DNA of 64,000 nt from Candidatus Latescibacterota bacterium (GTDB lineage Bacteria > Latescibacterota > UBA2968 > UBA8231): positions 832,001-896,000 of the forward strand of contig OZ242214.1 of NCBI GenBank assembly GCA_965206595.1, read 5' to 3'. A program made the position numbers and the translations under genes. How positions within the stretch are numbered: position 1 is the stretch's first letter; each line of letters starts with the position of its first letter. Below the pieces are notes generated by a model that did not search any database, was not told the DNA's origin, and saw only the letters and a list, made by a program, of their open reading frames with translations. Positions 19,054 to 28,690 of this stretch are shown in pieces.

Positions 19054-20204
19054 AGCCCCGTCAGACCCTGCTCGAAATCGGCGATCAGGTCGGCCGCGGA
19101 CTCAATGCCGACCGCCACCCGGACCAGGCCGCTGCGGATTCCCAGGGTCTGCCGTTCCGCTTCCGACAGGCCTGCGTGCGAAGTCGCTTCCGGCCGCGTG
19201 ATCAGGGTCTCGACACCTCCGAGGCTGGGGGCGAATGCCGGAATCCGCAGCCGCTCCAGCAGTTTCTCCGCTGCGGGCCTTCCCCCCTTAAGCTCGAAGC
19301 TCAGGACCCCGCCGCAGCCGGAGAACAGCCGCGCGGCGCGCTCGTGCTGGGCATGCGACACCAGCCCGGGGTAGTTCACCTGCGTCACCGCCTCGTAGCG
19401 TTCGAGCATCCCGGAAAGGGCCAACGCAGAGGCGTTCTGGTGCCGTACCCGTAGCGCCATCGTCTTCAATCCCCGGTGCAGCAGAAAACAGGCGTGCGGA
19501 TCGAGGGTGGCGCCGAGATGGTTGAGCCGGCGCCCGATCCGGGAGATCAGCTCCCCGCCGGCGACGACGCAGCCGGCGACGATGTCGGAGTGGCCGTTGA
19601 GATACTTGGTGGCGCTGTGAATCTCGACGTCGAACCCCAGTTGCAGCGGCCGGAAGTTGACCGGGGTTCCGAAGGTGTTGTCGATGATGGAGATCAGGCC
19701 GCGCTCGCGTGCGAACGCCACCACCGCTTCGAGATCGGCCACTTCCAGCAGCGGGTTGGTCATGGTCTCGAGGTAGATGGCGCGCGTTCGTCGGGTCGCC
19801 GCCTCATCCCAGGAGTCGGGGCGGTTGCAGTCGATGAAATCCGCCTGCAGCCCGAAGTCGGGGAGGTCGCCGGTGAACAGGCTGTGGGTGCCCCCGTACA
19901 GGCAGCTCTGCGCCAGCAGGCGGTCTCCCGCCTTCAGCAGTCCCATCAAGGTGGCGGCGATCGCCGCCATCCCCGAAGAGGTGACGATTGCGGCCTCGCC
20001 GCTGCAGACCGCGGCGAGCTTGTCGTGAAGGACGCGGTGATTGGGGCTGTTGTTGAGGCGCAGATAACGGATCTCCTCGTACGCCGTTTCCCCGCCCGAC
20101 AGGTAGGTGGCGCTCTGAAACACCGGCAGCACCACCGAGCCTTCGATCTTTTCCCCCTCTCCTGAATGGATGAGGTCGGTCTCGATATCGCGCTTTTTGT
20201 TCAT
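18984..20204 (-). CDS. Cys/Met metabolism PLP-dependent enzyme (cystathionine gamma-synthase/lyase or methionine gamma-lyase family)
   Basis: Start MNKKRDIETDLIH overlaps the upstream stop (ATGA). PVFQSATY, SSGMAAI, LYGGT, ETMTNP, DNTF, HSATKYLNGHSD (PLP lysine), SLGGVETL, VRVAVGIE. Confidence 0.93.
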   Translation of the reverse strand: MNKKRDIETDLIHSGEGEKIEGSVVLPVFQSATYLSGGETAYEEIRYLRLNNSPNHRVLHDKLAAVCSGEAAIVTSSGMAAIAATLMGLLKAGDRLLAQSCLYGGTHSLFTGDLPDFGLQADFIDCNRPDSWDEAATRRTRAIYLETMTNPLLEVADLEAVVAFARERGLISIIDNTFGTPVNFRPLQLGFDVEIHSATKYLNGHSDIVAGCVVAGGELISRIGRRLNHLGATLDPHACFLLHRGLKTMALRVRHQNASALALSGMLERYEAVTQVNYPGLVSHAQHERAARLFSGCGGVLSFELKGGRPAAEKLLERLRIPAFAPSLGGVETLITRPEATSHAGLSEAERQTLGIRSGLVRVAVGIESAADLIADFEQGLTGLQEFPPGSSGAAVSPEGLSSPPA

Positions 20205-22330
20205 GTCCGAAGCAGGTATTTGTCGAGGAGGTGTTGGTAGATGGCGACGAAGTCGCCGCGGCCGTTGCTGCGGTTGTAGAAGAAGCAGAACGGGTTGGGG
20301 TTGAGCTCGAGGATGCGCAGGCCCCCGGGGCCATCGATGACGTCGATGGCGTAGAACCCGAGCCGGATCACCGCGGCGACGCGCCGGGTGAGCTCGGTCA
20401 TCGCTGCAAGCAGCGGCCCGTCCCCGACCCTGACGGCGCGCCCGCTGGCGTGATGCAGGGGGTTGAGACCGCCTCCGACCTCGTCGCTGGTTTTCTCGTA
20501 GGCGAGCAGTAGCTCCGCTTCGCTGGCGACGATGCGGTACTCCACTCCCTCGACGAAAGCCTGGATCAGCAGGCTGTTGTCGAGAAAACCTCCGCCGGTG
20601 AACAGGTTCTCCAGGCGCCTCGCGGCCCCCTCGCGACAGCGCTCGAGGTAGACTCCCTGGGACACGGAGGCCCGCGGCTTCTTGATGAGCAGGGGATACT
20701 GCATGCGCTCTCCGAGGTCGTCGAGCATCTCTTCGACGCTGCCGTGGGTCTTGTAGCGGTGGAAGCGGTCGTCGGCGTACGGGTTGAACACCTGCATCGA
20801 GCAGGGGACCGGCAGGCCGGCGGCGGCGAACAGCTCGTACTGGTAGCCCTTGTCCTCTGCGAGCCTGGCGGCGGCGTAGTCGTTGAACGGGTGGCGGTTG
20901 CGCAGGAAATAGAACGGCCCTCCCGCCCCGTCGACCCGCAGGAGGTTGTCGTTGTCGGAGACTCTCTCGCACCGGAGGCTGCGGGCGCGGCAGGCGATTT
21001 CGACGCACTCGAGGCTTTCCAGGGCGACATCTTCGCTGATTCCCTCGGTTTCGCACGGGAGCCGGAAATGCTCGCGCGCGCGCGCGACCAGGGCCAGCGA
21101 TCCGGTGACGCAGACCGGCAGCTTGCCCGAGGCGGCGACCTCGAGGGCCCTGGCCAAGGGCTCGACGGTTGCGGGGACTTCTGCGGGGAGGTGGTTCAGC
21201 AGATCTTCGGGCGGCAGGGCCTTGGGGTGGCCGGAGGAGGTGGCGATCACCTGCCCGGCCAGCGGTGCCAGGCAGTCGAGGATGGCGCCGGCGTCGTGGC
21301 CGCTCCCGACGCCGACGACGAAGCGCCACTTCGGATGCAGGGCCCGAAGGTCCGCGGAGAGGCCTGCCGCGGCCGCCCGGTTGTGAGCGCCGTCAAGCAG
21401 GACCAGCGGCTTCCCGTCGCGCTCGACCGCCTCGAAGCGGCCCGGCCACTGGTGCCGGGCGATCGTCGCTTCCGCATCCGCGGGGACGAGGCGGTCCCCC
21501 AGCAGGAAGGCGGCCGCGGCCAGTGCCAGACGCGCGTTGGCCGGGTACGTGCCTGGCCTGCTGCCCTCCGACCGGGGGCAGGCCGGGTACGGCCCCCCGG
21601 GGCCGCAGCCCGAGGACTCGGCGCGGGTCACACCACCCGGGACCGCTGTGTAGAGAGGAACACTCGCGGACTGGCAGTGGTTGCGAATCCGCTCGGCGAC
21701 CCCGGCCTCGTGGGCATCGGTGGTGAACAGGGGCCGCCCCGGCCGCGTGATGCAGAGCTTGTCCGCGGTGATCTCCAGGACGTCCTCCCCCAGGACGTCG
21801 GCGTGGTCGACGGCGATGCTGGTCAGCACCGAGAGCTCGTGATCCCAGGCGTTGGTGGCGTCGTAGCGCCCCCCGAGACCGACCTCGAAAAGCGCGTAAT
21901 CGACCCCTGCGGCCGAGAACAGGTGCGCGGCGAGCGCGGTGAGCGCCTCGAATTTCGAGAAGCCGCCGAATCCCTCCTCGTCGAAGCGGCGGGTCGCGTC
22001 GTACAGGAAGGTCACCGCGTCGGCCCAGTCGTCCGGCCCCAGCAGCAGCCCGTCTACCTGGATGCGCTCCCGCTGGCTGTGCAGGTGGGGGGAGGTGTAG
22101 AGCCCGATCCTGCCGTCGCCGCGCAGCAGGGCCTCGAGGAGGCTGGCAACCGTGCCCTTGCCGTTGGTTCCACCGACGATTATCGAACGGAAGCCGTTCT
22201 GCGGATCCCCAAGCCGCCGCAGCAGCGCCCGGGTGCGGGGGAGGTAGTGGTGCAGGGGACCGGCAGGAGGGCGCCCCCGTTCCCAGTCGGGCAGGGTATC
22301 GAGGAATTTCCTGGCTTCTGAGTATTCCAT
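20201..22330 (-). CDS. folC: folylpolyglutamate synthase/dihydrofolate synthase fused to a C-terminal RimK-like ATP-grasp domain
   Basis: FolC part: GTNGKGT, GLYTSPHL, EVGLGGRYDATN, WPGRFE, LLDGAHN, VTGSL. ATP-grasp part: DKGYQYELF..AGLPVP, YPLLIKKP..SVSQGV, IQAFVEGVEYRI, AIDVI, ILELNPNP. One continuous frame. Confidence 0.85.
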   Translation of the reverse strand: MEYSEARKFLDTLPDWERGRPPAGPLHHYLPRTRALLRRLGDPQNGFRSIIVGGTNGKGTVASLLEALLRGDGRIGLYTSPHLHSQRERIQVDGLLLGPDDWADAVTFLYDATRRFDEEGFGGFSKFEALTALAAHLFSAAGVDYALFEVGLGGRYDATNAWDHELSVLTSIAVDHADVLGEDVLEITADKLCITRPGRPLFTTDAHEAGVAERIRNHCQSASVPLYTAVPGGVTRAESSGCGPGGPYPACPRSEGSRPGTYPANARLALAAAAFLLGDRLVPADAEATIARHQWPGRFEAVERDGKPLVLLDGAHNRAAAAGLSADLRALHPKWRFVVGVGSGHDAGAILDCLAPLAGQVIATSSGHPKALPPEDLLNHLPAEVPATVEPLARALEVAASGKLPVCVTGSLALVARAREHFRLPCETEGISEDVALESLECVEIACRARSLRCERVSDNDNLLRVDGAGGPFYFLRNRHPFNDYAAARLAEDKGYQYELFAAAGLPVPCSMQVFNPYADDRFHRYKTHGSVEEMLDDLGERMQYPLLIKKPRASVSQGVYLERCREGAARRLENLFTGGGFLDNSLLIQAFVEGVEYRIVASEAELLLAYEKTSDEVGGGLNPLHHASGRAVRVGDGPLLAAMTELTRRVAAVIRLGFYAIDVIDGPGGLRILELNPNPFCFFYNRSNGRGDFVAIYQHLLDKYLLRT

Positions 22331-22440
22331 CTTCTGACAGATCAGCGGCGGATGGCCGTCGCCCGGGGAGCGGCCTTCATGTCGCCGGGCATTCCCAGGC
22401 CCGGCCTGCACTGGAAATCCCGTCTCCGAGAGGGCTTCGG

Positions 22441-22583
22441 GGCGCGTCGCACACTGGTGTTTCCCACGCCTCAAAGAGCGCCGTCATCGGTCCGAATCCG
22501 TGCCGTTCGCCGTGAGGCGAACGGCCATCCGAGGCGCGTCGCACCCCGACAGTCCCCAACGCCTCAAAGAGCGCCGGCATCAT
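22441..22583. repeat. imperfect direct repeat (period about 92-93 bp) enclosing a GNRA hairpin, between moaA and folC
   Basis: GGCGCGTCGCAC at 22441 and 22533; ACGCCTCAAAGAGCGCCG at 22466 and 22559; GCCGTTCGCC-GTGA-GGCGAACGGC at 22502-22525. Confidence 0.75.
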
Positions 22584-23623
22584 CCACCCCGGGTGTGCAT
22601 CTCGCGATGCGGATCGACCTTCAGCTCTTCGACGTGGTAGAGCGCCCCCCGCGTCGGCTCGTTCAGCCGCTCCTCGGCGCCGCGGTCCCTGCGGCCCTCC
22701 CAGACACGGCGGATCCGCGCGACCAGATCCCGGTGCGTCAGCCCGTCCCGCAGCCACTCGCGCAGGTTGTACCCCTCGTTGGCGTACAGGCAGAGGTACC
22801 ACATGCCGTCCGCGGTAACCCGGCTGCGGTCGCAGGTGGCGCAGAACGGCTCGGTGGTGGAGGCGATGATGCCGAAACATGTGCCGTCGGGCAGGAGGAA
22901 ACGCTCCGCCGGGGCCGCTCCCCGGCCCGGGGCGGCCTCGATGGCGCCGTAGTGCCCCTCCAACCGCGCGAGGATGTCCGCCTTCGAGAAGACCCGCTCC
23001 ATCGACCAGAGGGTCGCCCCGCCGACATCCATATACTCGATGAAGCGGACCTCGGCACCTACCTCCTTGCCGAACTCGATCAGGTCGACGAGCTCGTCGT
23101 CGTTGAACCTCCGCATGATGACGGTGTTGATCTTGATGTCGGAGAAGGCGACGCGGGCGGCCTCGCGGATGCCGGTGAGAACGCGGTCCAGGACCACCCG
23201 CCTGGTCAGGGTTTCGAAGCGGGCGGGATTGAGGGTGTCGAGACTCACCGTTACCCGGCTCAACCCTGCCTCGTGCAGCGGCTCGGCCCATTTGGCCAGC
23301 TGCGTCGCGTTCGTCGTCATTGCCAGGTCCTCGACCGCGGGGCGCCGGGCCAGCCGGGCGACGAGATCGACGAGGCCGCCGCGCAGCAGCGGTTCCCCGC
23401 CGGTGAGGCGAACCTTGTGCACCCCGAGCTCCCCGAAGACGTCGACGGTGCGCTCGATCTCGTCGAAGGAGAGGATGTCCTCTTTCGGCAGCCAGGTGTA
23501 ATCCTCCTCCGGCATGCAGTAGGCGCAGCGCAAGTCGCAGCGGTCGATGACGGAGAGGCGGAGACTTTCGAGGGGGCGGCCGAAGAGATCGTGGGCCGTG
23601 GCGCGGTGGGGGTGCGAGCTCAT
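22580..23623 (-). CDS. moaA: GTP 3',8-cyclase (molybdenum cofactor biosynthesis)
   Basis: LRLSVIDRCDLRCAYCMP (radical SAM CxxxCxxC), RLTGGEPL, RFIEYM, FCATCDRSR...CL and C-terminal RGG. Confidence 0.96.
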   Translation of the reverse strand: MSSHPHRATAHDLFGRPLESLRLSVIDRCDLRCAYCMPEEDYTWLPKEDILSFDEIERTVDVFGELGVHKVRLTGGEPLLRGGLVDLVARLARRPAVEDLAMTTNATQLAKWAEPLHEAGLSRVTVSLDTLNPARFETLTRRVVLDRVLTGIREAARVAFSDIKINTVIMRRFNDDELVDLIEFGKEVGAEVRFIEYMDVGGATLWSMERVFSKADILARLEGHYGAIEAAPGRGAAPAERFLLPDGTCFGIIASTTEPFCATCDRSRVTADGMWYLCLYANEGYNLREWLRDGLTHRDLVARIRRVWEGRRDRGAEERLNEPTRGALYHVEELKVDPHREMHTRGG

Positions 23624-23956
23624 GCAGTAGAAAAGGGATGAACAGCAGGTCGAGAACAGGGCGCCGCGAACCGGCCAGCTGCGCCGTTGAAGCGGTGATT
23701 TTCCCGCGGGTGGCTCATCGTTTTGGTGACCTTCCGGGTACCCGTCGAAAGAACCGTCCGGGCTGCTAAGTTGAGAAAGGACAGGAATATACGGACTGCC
23801 CCCGGGGCGGCAATCCGTTTGCGACCCCACCCGGAGGGGGGCATATTAGGTGCCCGTCAAGGGGGAACCTGGCGCATCCCGTCAAATCGGGCGGCGGCCG
23901 TTCCGCTGCGACGAATCCCCGTCCATCCCGGTTTCCCCACCTGCCGACGAAAGCCG

Positions 23957-24910
23957 ATGGCGAATCCCGAAACCGAGCGCCTCGAGAAGATGCTGCGCGA
24001 GCAGCAGTACGTCGCCGACCCCGCCATCGCCATGTCCCTTCACTTGGCGCGAACCCTGAACAAGCCGCTCCTGGTCGAGGGGCCGGCAGGGGTCGGGAAG
24101 ACCGAGATCGCCAAGGTGATGGCGCGCGCCCTCGACACCGACCTGATCCGTCTGCAGTGCTACGAGGGCCTCGACACCAGCACTGCCCTGTACGAGTGGA
24201 ACTACCAGCGCCAATTGTTGCAGATCCGCCTGGAGGAAGGGGGGGAGCGCAGCCTCGACGAGCGCCAGTCCCACATCTTCGGCGAGGCCTTCCTGCTCAA
24301 GCGGCCCCTGCTCGAGGCGATCACCCACCACCGGCCGCCGGTGCTGCTGATAGACGAGCTCGACCGCGCCGACGAGGAGTTCGAGTCGTTCCTGCTCGAA
24401 GTGCTGTCCGACTGGCAGATCTCGATCCCCGAGGTCGGCACCATCGCCGCGACCCACATCCCGCACGTGGTCATCACCTCCAATCGAACGCGCGAGCTGT
24501 CCGACGCCATCCGCCGGCGCTGCCTCTACCTGTGGATCGACTACCCCGGGTTCGACAAGGAGCTGGCGATCGTGCGCGGCAAGGTCGACGGTCTCGACGC
24601 GCAGCTTGCCGACCAGATCTGCCGCTTCATGGCGCTGGTGCGCCGGCAGAAGCTGGAGAAGGTGCCCGGTGTCGCCGAGACTCTGGACTGGGCCAAGGCC
24701 CTGGTCGCCCTGCACCGCAACCACCTCGACCCCGGGATCGTCGAGGAGACCCTCGGGGTGGTGTTCAAGGACTGGACGGACGTGCGCCAGATGCAGCAGA
24801 CCCTGCCCGAGTTCCTCGAAGAGCTCGGCATCCGCGCCAAGGCCCCTCCCGGAACGGGGCAGGCCCAGGAGGCGGGGCAGCCCGCTGCGGGGACCCCCGG
24901 TGGCGGATAA
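23957..24910 (+). CDS. MoxR-type AAA+ ATPase (CoxD-like)
   Basis: LLVEGPAGVGKTE, RLQCYEGLD..ALYEWNYQRQ, LLIDELDRADEEFE, ELSDAIRRRC, PGVAETLDW. Confidence 0.92.
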   Translation: MANPETERLEKMLREQQYVADPAIAMSLHLARTLNKPLLVEGPAGVGKTEIAKVMARALDTDLIRLQCYEGLDTSTALYEWNYQRQLLQIRLEEGGERSLDERQSHIFGEAFLLKRPLLEAITHHRPPVLLIDELDRADEEFESFLLEVLSDWQISIPEVGTIAATHIPHVVITSNRTRELSDAIRRRCLYLWIDYPGFDKELAIVRGKVDGLDAQLADQICRFMALVRRQKLEKVPGVAETLDWAKALVALHRNHLDPGIVEETLGVVFKDWTDVRQMQQTLPEFLEELGIRAKAPPGTGQAQEAGQPAAGTPGGG

Positions 24911-26282
24911 GCCGTCCAACGGCCGGAGACCGGCCGGACTGGAGGACCTCGCCCTGCGTGGAGAGCTGAGCGCCAACGTCGTCGGCTTCTGCCGGCTGCT
25001 GCGCCGCGAGGGAGCCGGCCCCGGGGCGGCCGAGGCCGCCGACGCCCTGCTCGCCCTGGAGCGGATCGACCTCCGAACCGGGCAGCATTTCTACGAAGCC
25101 CTCAGAACCTGCCTCGCCAAGAGCCGCCCGGAGCAGGATATCTTCGACTCCGTGTTCGACTCCTACTGGAAGGTCTGGGACCGCGCCGGCGAGCTTCTGC
25201 GGGGGCAGGGGGCGCGGGAAGAGGAGGAAAACAGGGAGATCCGCAATCCGTGCGCACCGGAGCAGCAGCCGGCGCTGAGAGCGGTCACCGCCTGGCTCAA
25301 GGGAGAGAAGAAGACCGGCGACGAGGAGCCTGCCCCGGGATACAGCCCGTTCGAGGTGATGGCCCGTCGCGACTTCGCCGGCTTCCGCGCCGACGAGCTC
25401 GACGAGATCGGCCATCTGGTCACCCTCATCGCCCGGATGCTCGCCAGGCGCTTCAACCGCCGCTACCGCGACAGCTCCCGCCGCGGCCGCCTCGACCTGC
25501 GACGCACCCTCAGGCGCAATCTCCGCCGTGGCGGAGAGCTCGTCGATCTCAGCTTCAGGCAGCGCCGCCGCCGGCGCCTGAAGCTGGTCCTGCTGTGCGA
25601 CGTCAGCCGCTCGATGGACCTCTACAGCAGCTTCCTCATCCAGTTCGTCTACGCCTTCCAGCTCGCCTGCCGGCGCGTCGAGACCTTCGTCTTCAGCACC
25701 TCCCTGCGGCGGGTCACCGACACCCTGGCCAACGAGGACCTCGACGAGGTGCTGGCCGCGCTCTCCCGGGAGGTGCCGCAGTGGTCGGGGGGCACGCGCA
25801 TCGGCGCCTCCCTGCAGACGTTTCTCGACGGCTTCGGCGACGCCCTGCTCGACCACCAGACCGCGGTCATCCTGCTGAGCGACGGCTGGGACACCGGCGA
25901 TATCGACCTGTTGCGCGATACCATGCGCGACATCCACCGCCGCTCCCTGGCGGTGATCTGGCTCAACCCGCTGCTCGGCTCCGAGGAGTACCGCCCCGAC
26001 ACCCGCGGCATGCGCGCCGCCCTGCCCCACGTCGATCTGTTCGCCCCGGCCCACAACGCCGCCAGCCTCAAGGAGCTGGCCTCCGTCCTGGGGCGCATCC
26101 AGCGCCGCGACATCCCGGCCCGTTTCGGGTTCCACCAGCGAGAGGAGGTGGAGGTCGAGGAAACCGAGCCGTCGGTGGCGCCGGAAGAGGCCCCGAGGCC
26201 GAGCACGGCCGCCAACCTCGAGCGGCTCGCCCGCGAGATGCAGGAGAAGCGGCAGCGCCGCCAGGATCAGGCGTCGGCCTGA
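24900..26282 (+). CDS. VWA domain protein (CoxE-like)
   Basis: GTG start overlapping the ATPase end; LDLRRTLR, LCDVSRSM (MIDAS), WSGGTRIG, LSDGWDTG, IWLNP, GMRAALPHVD. Confidence 0.9.
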   Translation: MADKPSNGRRPAGLEDLALRGELSANVVGFCRLLRREGAGPGAAEAADALLALERIDLRTGQHFYEALRTCLAKSRPEQDIFDSVFDSYWKVWDRAGELLRGQGAREEEENREIRNPCAPEQQPALRAVTAWLKGEKKTGDEEPAPGYSPFEVMARRDFAGFRADELDEIGHLVTLIARMLARRFNRRYRDSSRRGRLDLRRTLRRNLRRGGELVDLSFRQRRRRRLKLVLLCDVSRSMDLYSSFLIQFVYAFQLACRRVETFVFSTSLRRVTDTLANEDLDEVLAALSREVPQWSGGTRIGASLQTFLDGFGDALLDHQTAVILLSDGWDTGDIDLLRDTMRDIHRRSLAVIWLNPLLGSEEYRPDTRGMRAALPHVDLFAPAHNAASLKELASVLGRIQRRDIPARFGFHQREEVEVEETEPSVAPEEAPRPSTAANLERLAREMQEKRQRRQDQASA

Positions 26283-26391
26283 GCTGCCCGCCGCTGCCGT
26301 CCGTCCTCGTCATCCGCAAGGGCAGGCACAGTCCCCCGAACCAAAGAGTGCGGCCCCTGTTGGCGTCAGTCTTCCGGGCTGACCACCCCGT

Positions 26392-28331
26392 TCACAGACG
26401 CAACCAGTAGTTGACCTTGGCGAGCCAGATGTTGTCCCCGTCGTCGGTGAAACTGGCGGCGAGGTCGCCGGCTCCGAGGCGGAGGTCGTCGTCGAAGGCG
26501 CTGTGCGATTGCGCCCAGACGAGAAACAGCGTGCTCCCGGGCGCGTACTCCCAGCGGAATACGAGGTTGCTGCGCAGCGAGCGCCGCCTGAAGTCGGGGT
26601 TGGACCGGTACTCCTCGTACGGAGTGAAGCGGTAGGATTTCGGGGCGGTCAGCTCCTTGATGGCGCCCTAATCCCCGGTGGCGACGAACGGTTGCATGTA
26701 CAGCTGCAGACTGGCGTCGGGGGAGAACAGCAGGTCGAAGCGGGTGGTCCACTCGAGCACCCGCGGCGGACCCCCGATCCGGCCTGCGGCTCGACCCAGG
26801 GGCCGAGCCGGTGGAAATCCGAGCGGCGTATGAACCCGAGGTCGTTCGCCGAGAAGCGGGGGGAGAAGGTCGCGTAGTTCAAGCCGCCTTCGATTCCGCC
26901 GCCGCGCTTTCCGAAGTCGGTTTCGAAGGCGGCGCCCTGGCCGTCGGCGCGGGTGCGGCTCGAGGCGAGCTGGCCGCGGAACTGCCATTTGTTCCTCTGC
27001 CAGTTGAGGTTCCAGTCCGCCCCGCCGGCGTAGGCGTCGCCGCCGCCGGAGCGGTTGACCGCGGTGAAGATGCCGCCGACGTGGGAGTTTCCGGCGAGAA
27101 GGTCGCGTTTCAGGCGCGCCACCCCGTAGTGGGTTCGCGGCTGGGCGAGGTGGCTGCGGGAGCCGGATTCTCCGGGATCGCGCACGCGGGTATGCTCCTC
27201 CGCGGTCAGGGCCTGCAACAGTCCGAAGGTCGTTCCCCCGGAAGTGCGGCCGGTGACCTTGGACGCCTCGAGGATGGTCGTGAAGTCGGGACGGTCGATC
27301 ACATCGGTGCCGGCCGGGGTCGGGAAGCGGGAAGGGCGGCGGCCTATGCGGCGCGAGTAGAAGAGGTCGAACGGCGTGTCGAATACCTGGGCGTCCTTGC
27401 TGAAGAAGGGCCGGCGCTCCTCGAAGAAGGTCTCGAAGACACCGAGGTTGAGCACCGCGGGATCCGCCTCCACCTGGCCGAAGTCGGGGTTCGCGGTGCC
27501 GTGGAAGACTGATGCTGGAGGTCAGTCCGTAGCGAACGTCGGCGCCGACGTTTCCGAGAAAATCGCTTCCGTCCGGTCGACGGAAGTCTGCGGCGAAAAG
27601 ATCGAGCGCCCGACGAGGTGCGGCCGCACCTCGAGGACGGTTTTCGCGGAGACGTCCCGGATCCCGCGCAGGTCCCCGAAGCGGGATACGAACCCCTCGT
27701 CCTGCACCCCGAGGGGAACCCAGAAGACGTTCTCCTTCAGGCGCGACGTGTAACGGTCGATCTGCAGTCCCCAGGTCGAATCGGCCTGCGTGAAGCGGAA
27801 ATTGTGGAACGGGATGCGCAGCTCCGCCGTCCACCCCTGTTCGTCGATCCGCGTTCGCGATTCGAACACCCCGTCCCAGGTTTGGGTCTGCCGGTCGTCG
27901 TTGTAGTAGACCCCGTCGATCACCGTGCCGCCGGCAGTGATGAAAAAGGAGTAGGCGGTCTGGCGGTCGTGGTTGGAGTCGAGGGTGAGGTGAATCCGGT
28001 CGGTCTCCTTGACGATCCACTGATCGCGCCGGCCGAGGCGGGTGACAGTCTCCTCCGGCTGTGCATCGAAGCAGGTCACTCCCGCGTACAGGGCCTCGTC
28101 GTCGTAGAGGAAGCGGACCTCCGTGCGCTGGGTGGCGGGGAGACCTTCGTCCGGGAAGCGCTGGGTGAAGGAGTCGATGACCGGGGCGTGCTGCCACACG
28201 GTTTCGTCGAGCAAGCCGTCGCAGCGGATGGGGCTGTCGGTCCGCACCGCCTCGGCGGTGGGAACGGAAGCGGGGGCCGCGGCGGGAAGTGCGGCGGTCG
28301 TGGAAAGGGCGATCAGGAGAGCGAAAATCAT
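26392..28331 (-). pseudogene. disrupted CBM9-like/DUF5916 outer-membrane protein gene
   Basis: Conserved segments (DGLLDE..W, WTAELRIPF, NPDFGQVEADPAVLNL, FFEERRPFF, NDLGF, NLVFRWEY.PGSTLFLVW, KVNYW) are spread over three frames. Frameshifts near 27585, 27500 and 26785 (probable deletion) and an in-frame TAG at 26668-26670. Confidence 0.85.
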
Positions 28332-28363
28332 GGCCGGCTCGCAGTTGGAAGGTGAATGAATCC

Positions 28364-28392
28364 AGGCTACGGGCGGTTTTGAACAGTGTCAA
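28364..28392 (-). promoter_or_regulatory. putative sigma70 promoter of the DUF5916 gene
   Basis: TTGACA-17 nt-TAGCCT, about 30 nt upstream of the ATG at 28331. Confidence 0.55.
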
Positions 28393-28690
28393 AAAACGTG
28401 TGCAGAAAATTCGCGAACGCGTGGAATGAGGCCGGAAACCCGGTGGAATCGATCTTGCAGGGGGAAATGGCAAGGGAATTCCCGAGTGAATCTCCCGGAC
28501 GATTCCCTGCTCTCGCTCGACGCAGCGCGCCGCGGGGACTGGCGCTCTCCAGGGAAGCGGAGGTCTTTCGTCCCAAGGCCGGAAAAAACCAGTTCCGAGC
28601 CGGTTCTGTGTTTCCCGGGCCGACGTGTGTCGTTAAGATCAACGCCCGTCGAGACGTTGTTCCCCGGAACCCGAAAATGAAAGAGGACCC

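Noticed and set aside
22441-22583. Possible mini-CRISPR array
   Set aside because: Only two degenerate units, a period that is too long, and no cas genes in the window.
26668-26670. In-frame TAG as pyrrolysine or stop-codon readthrough
   Set aside because: The same gene carries several frameshifts, the codon is one change from Tyr, and TAG is a normal stop elsewhere in the window (for example pckA).
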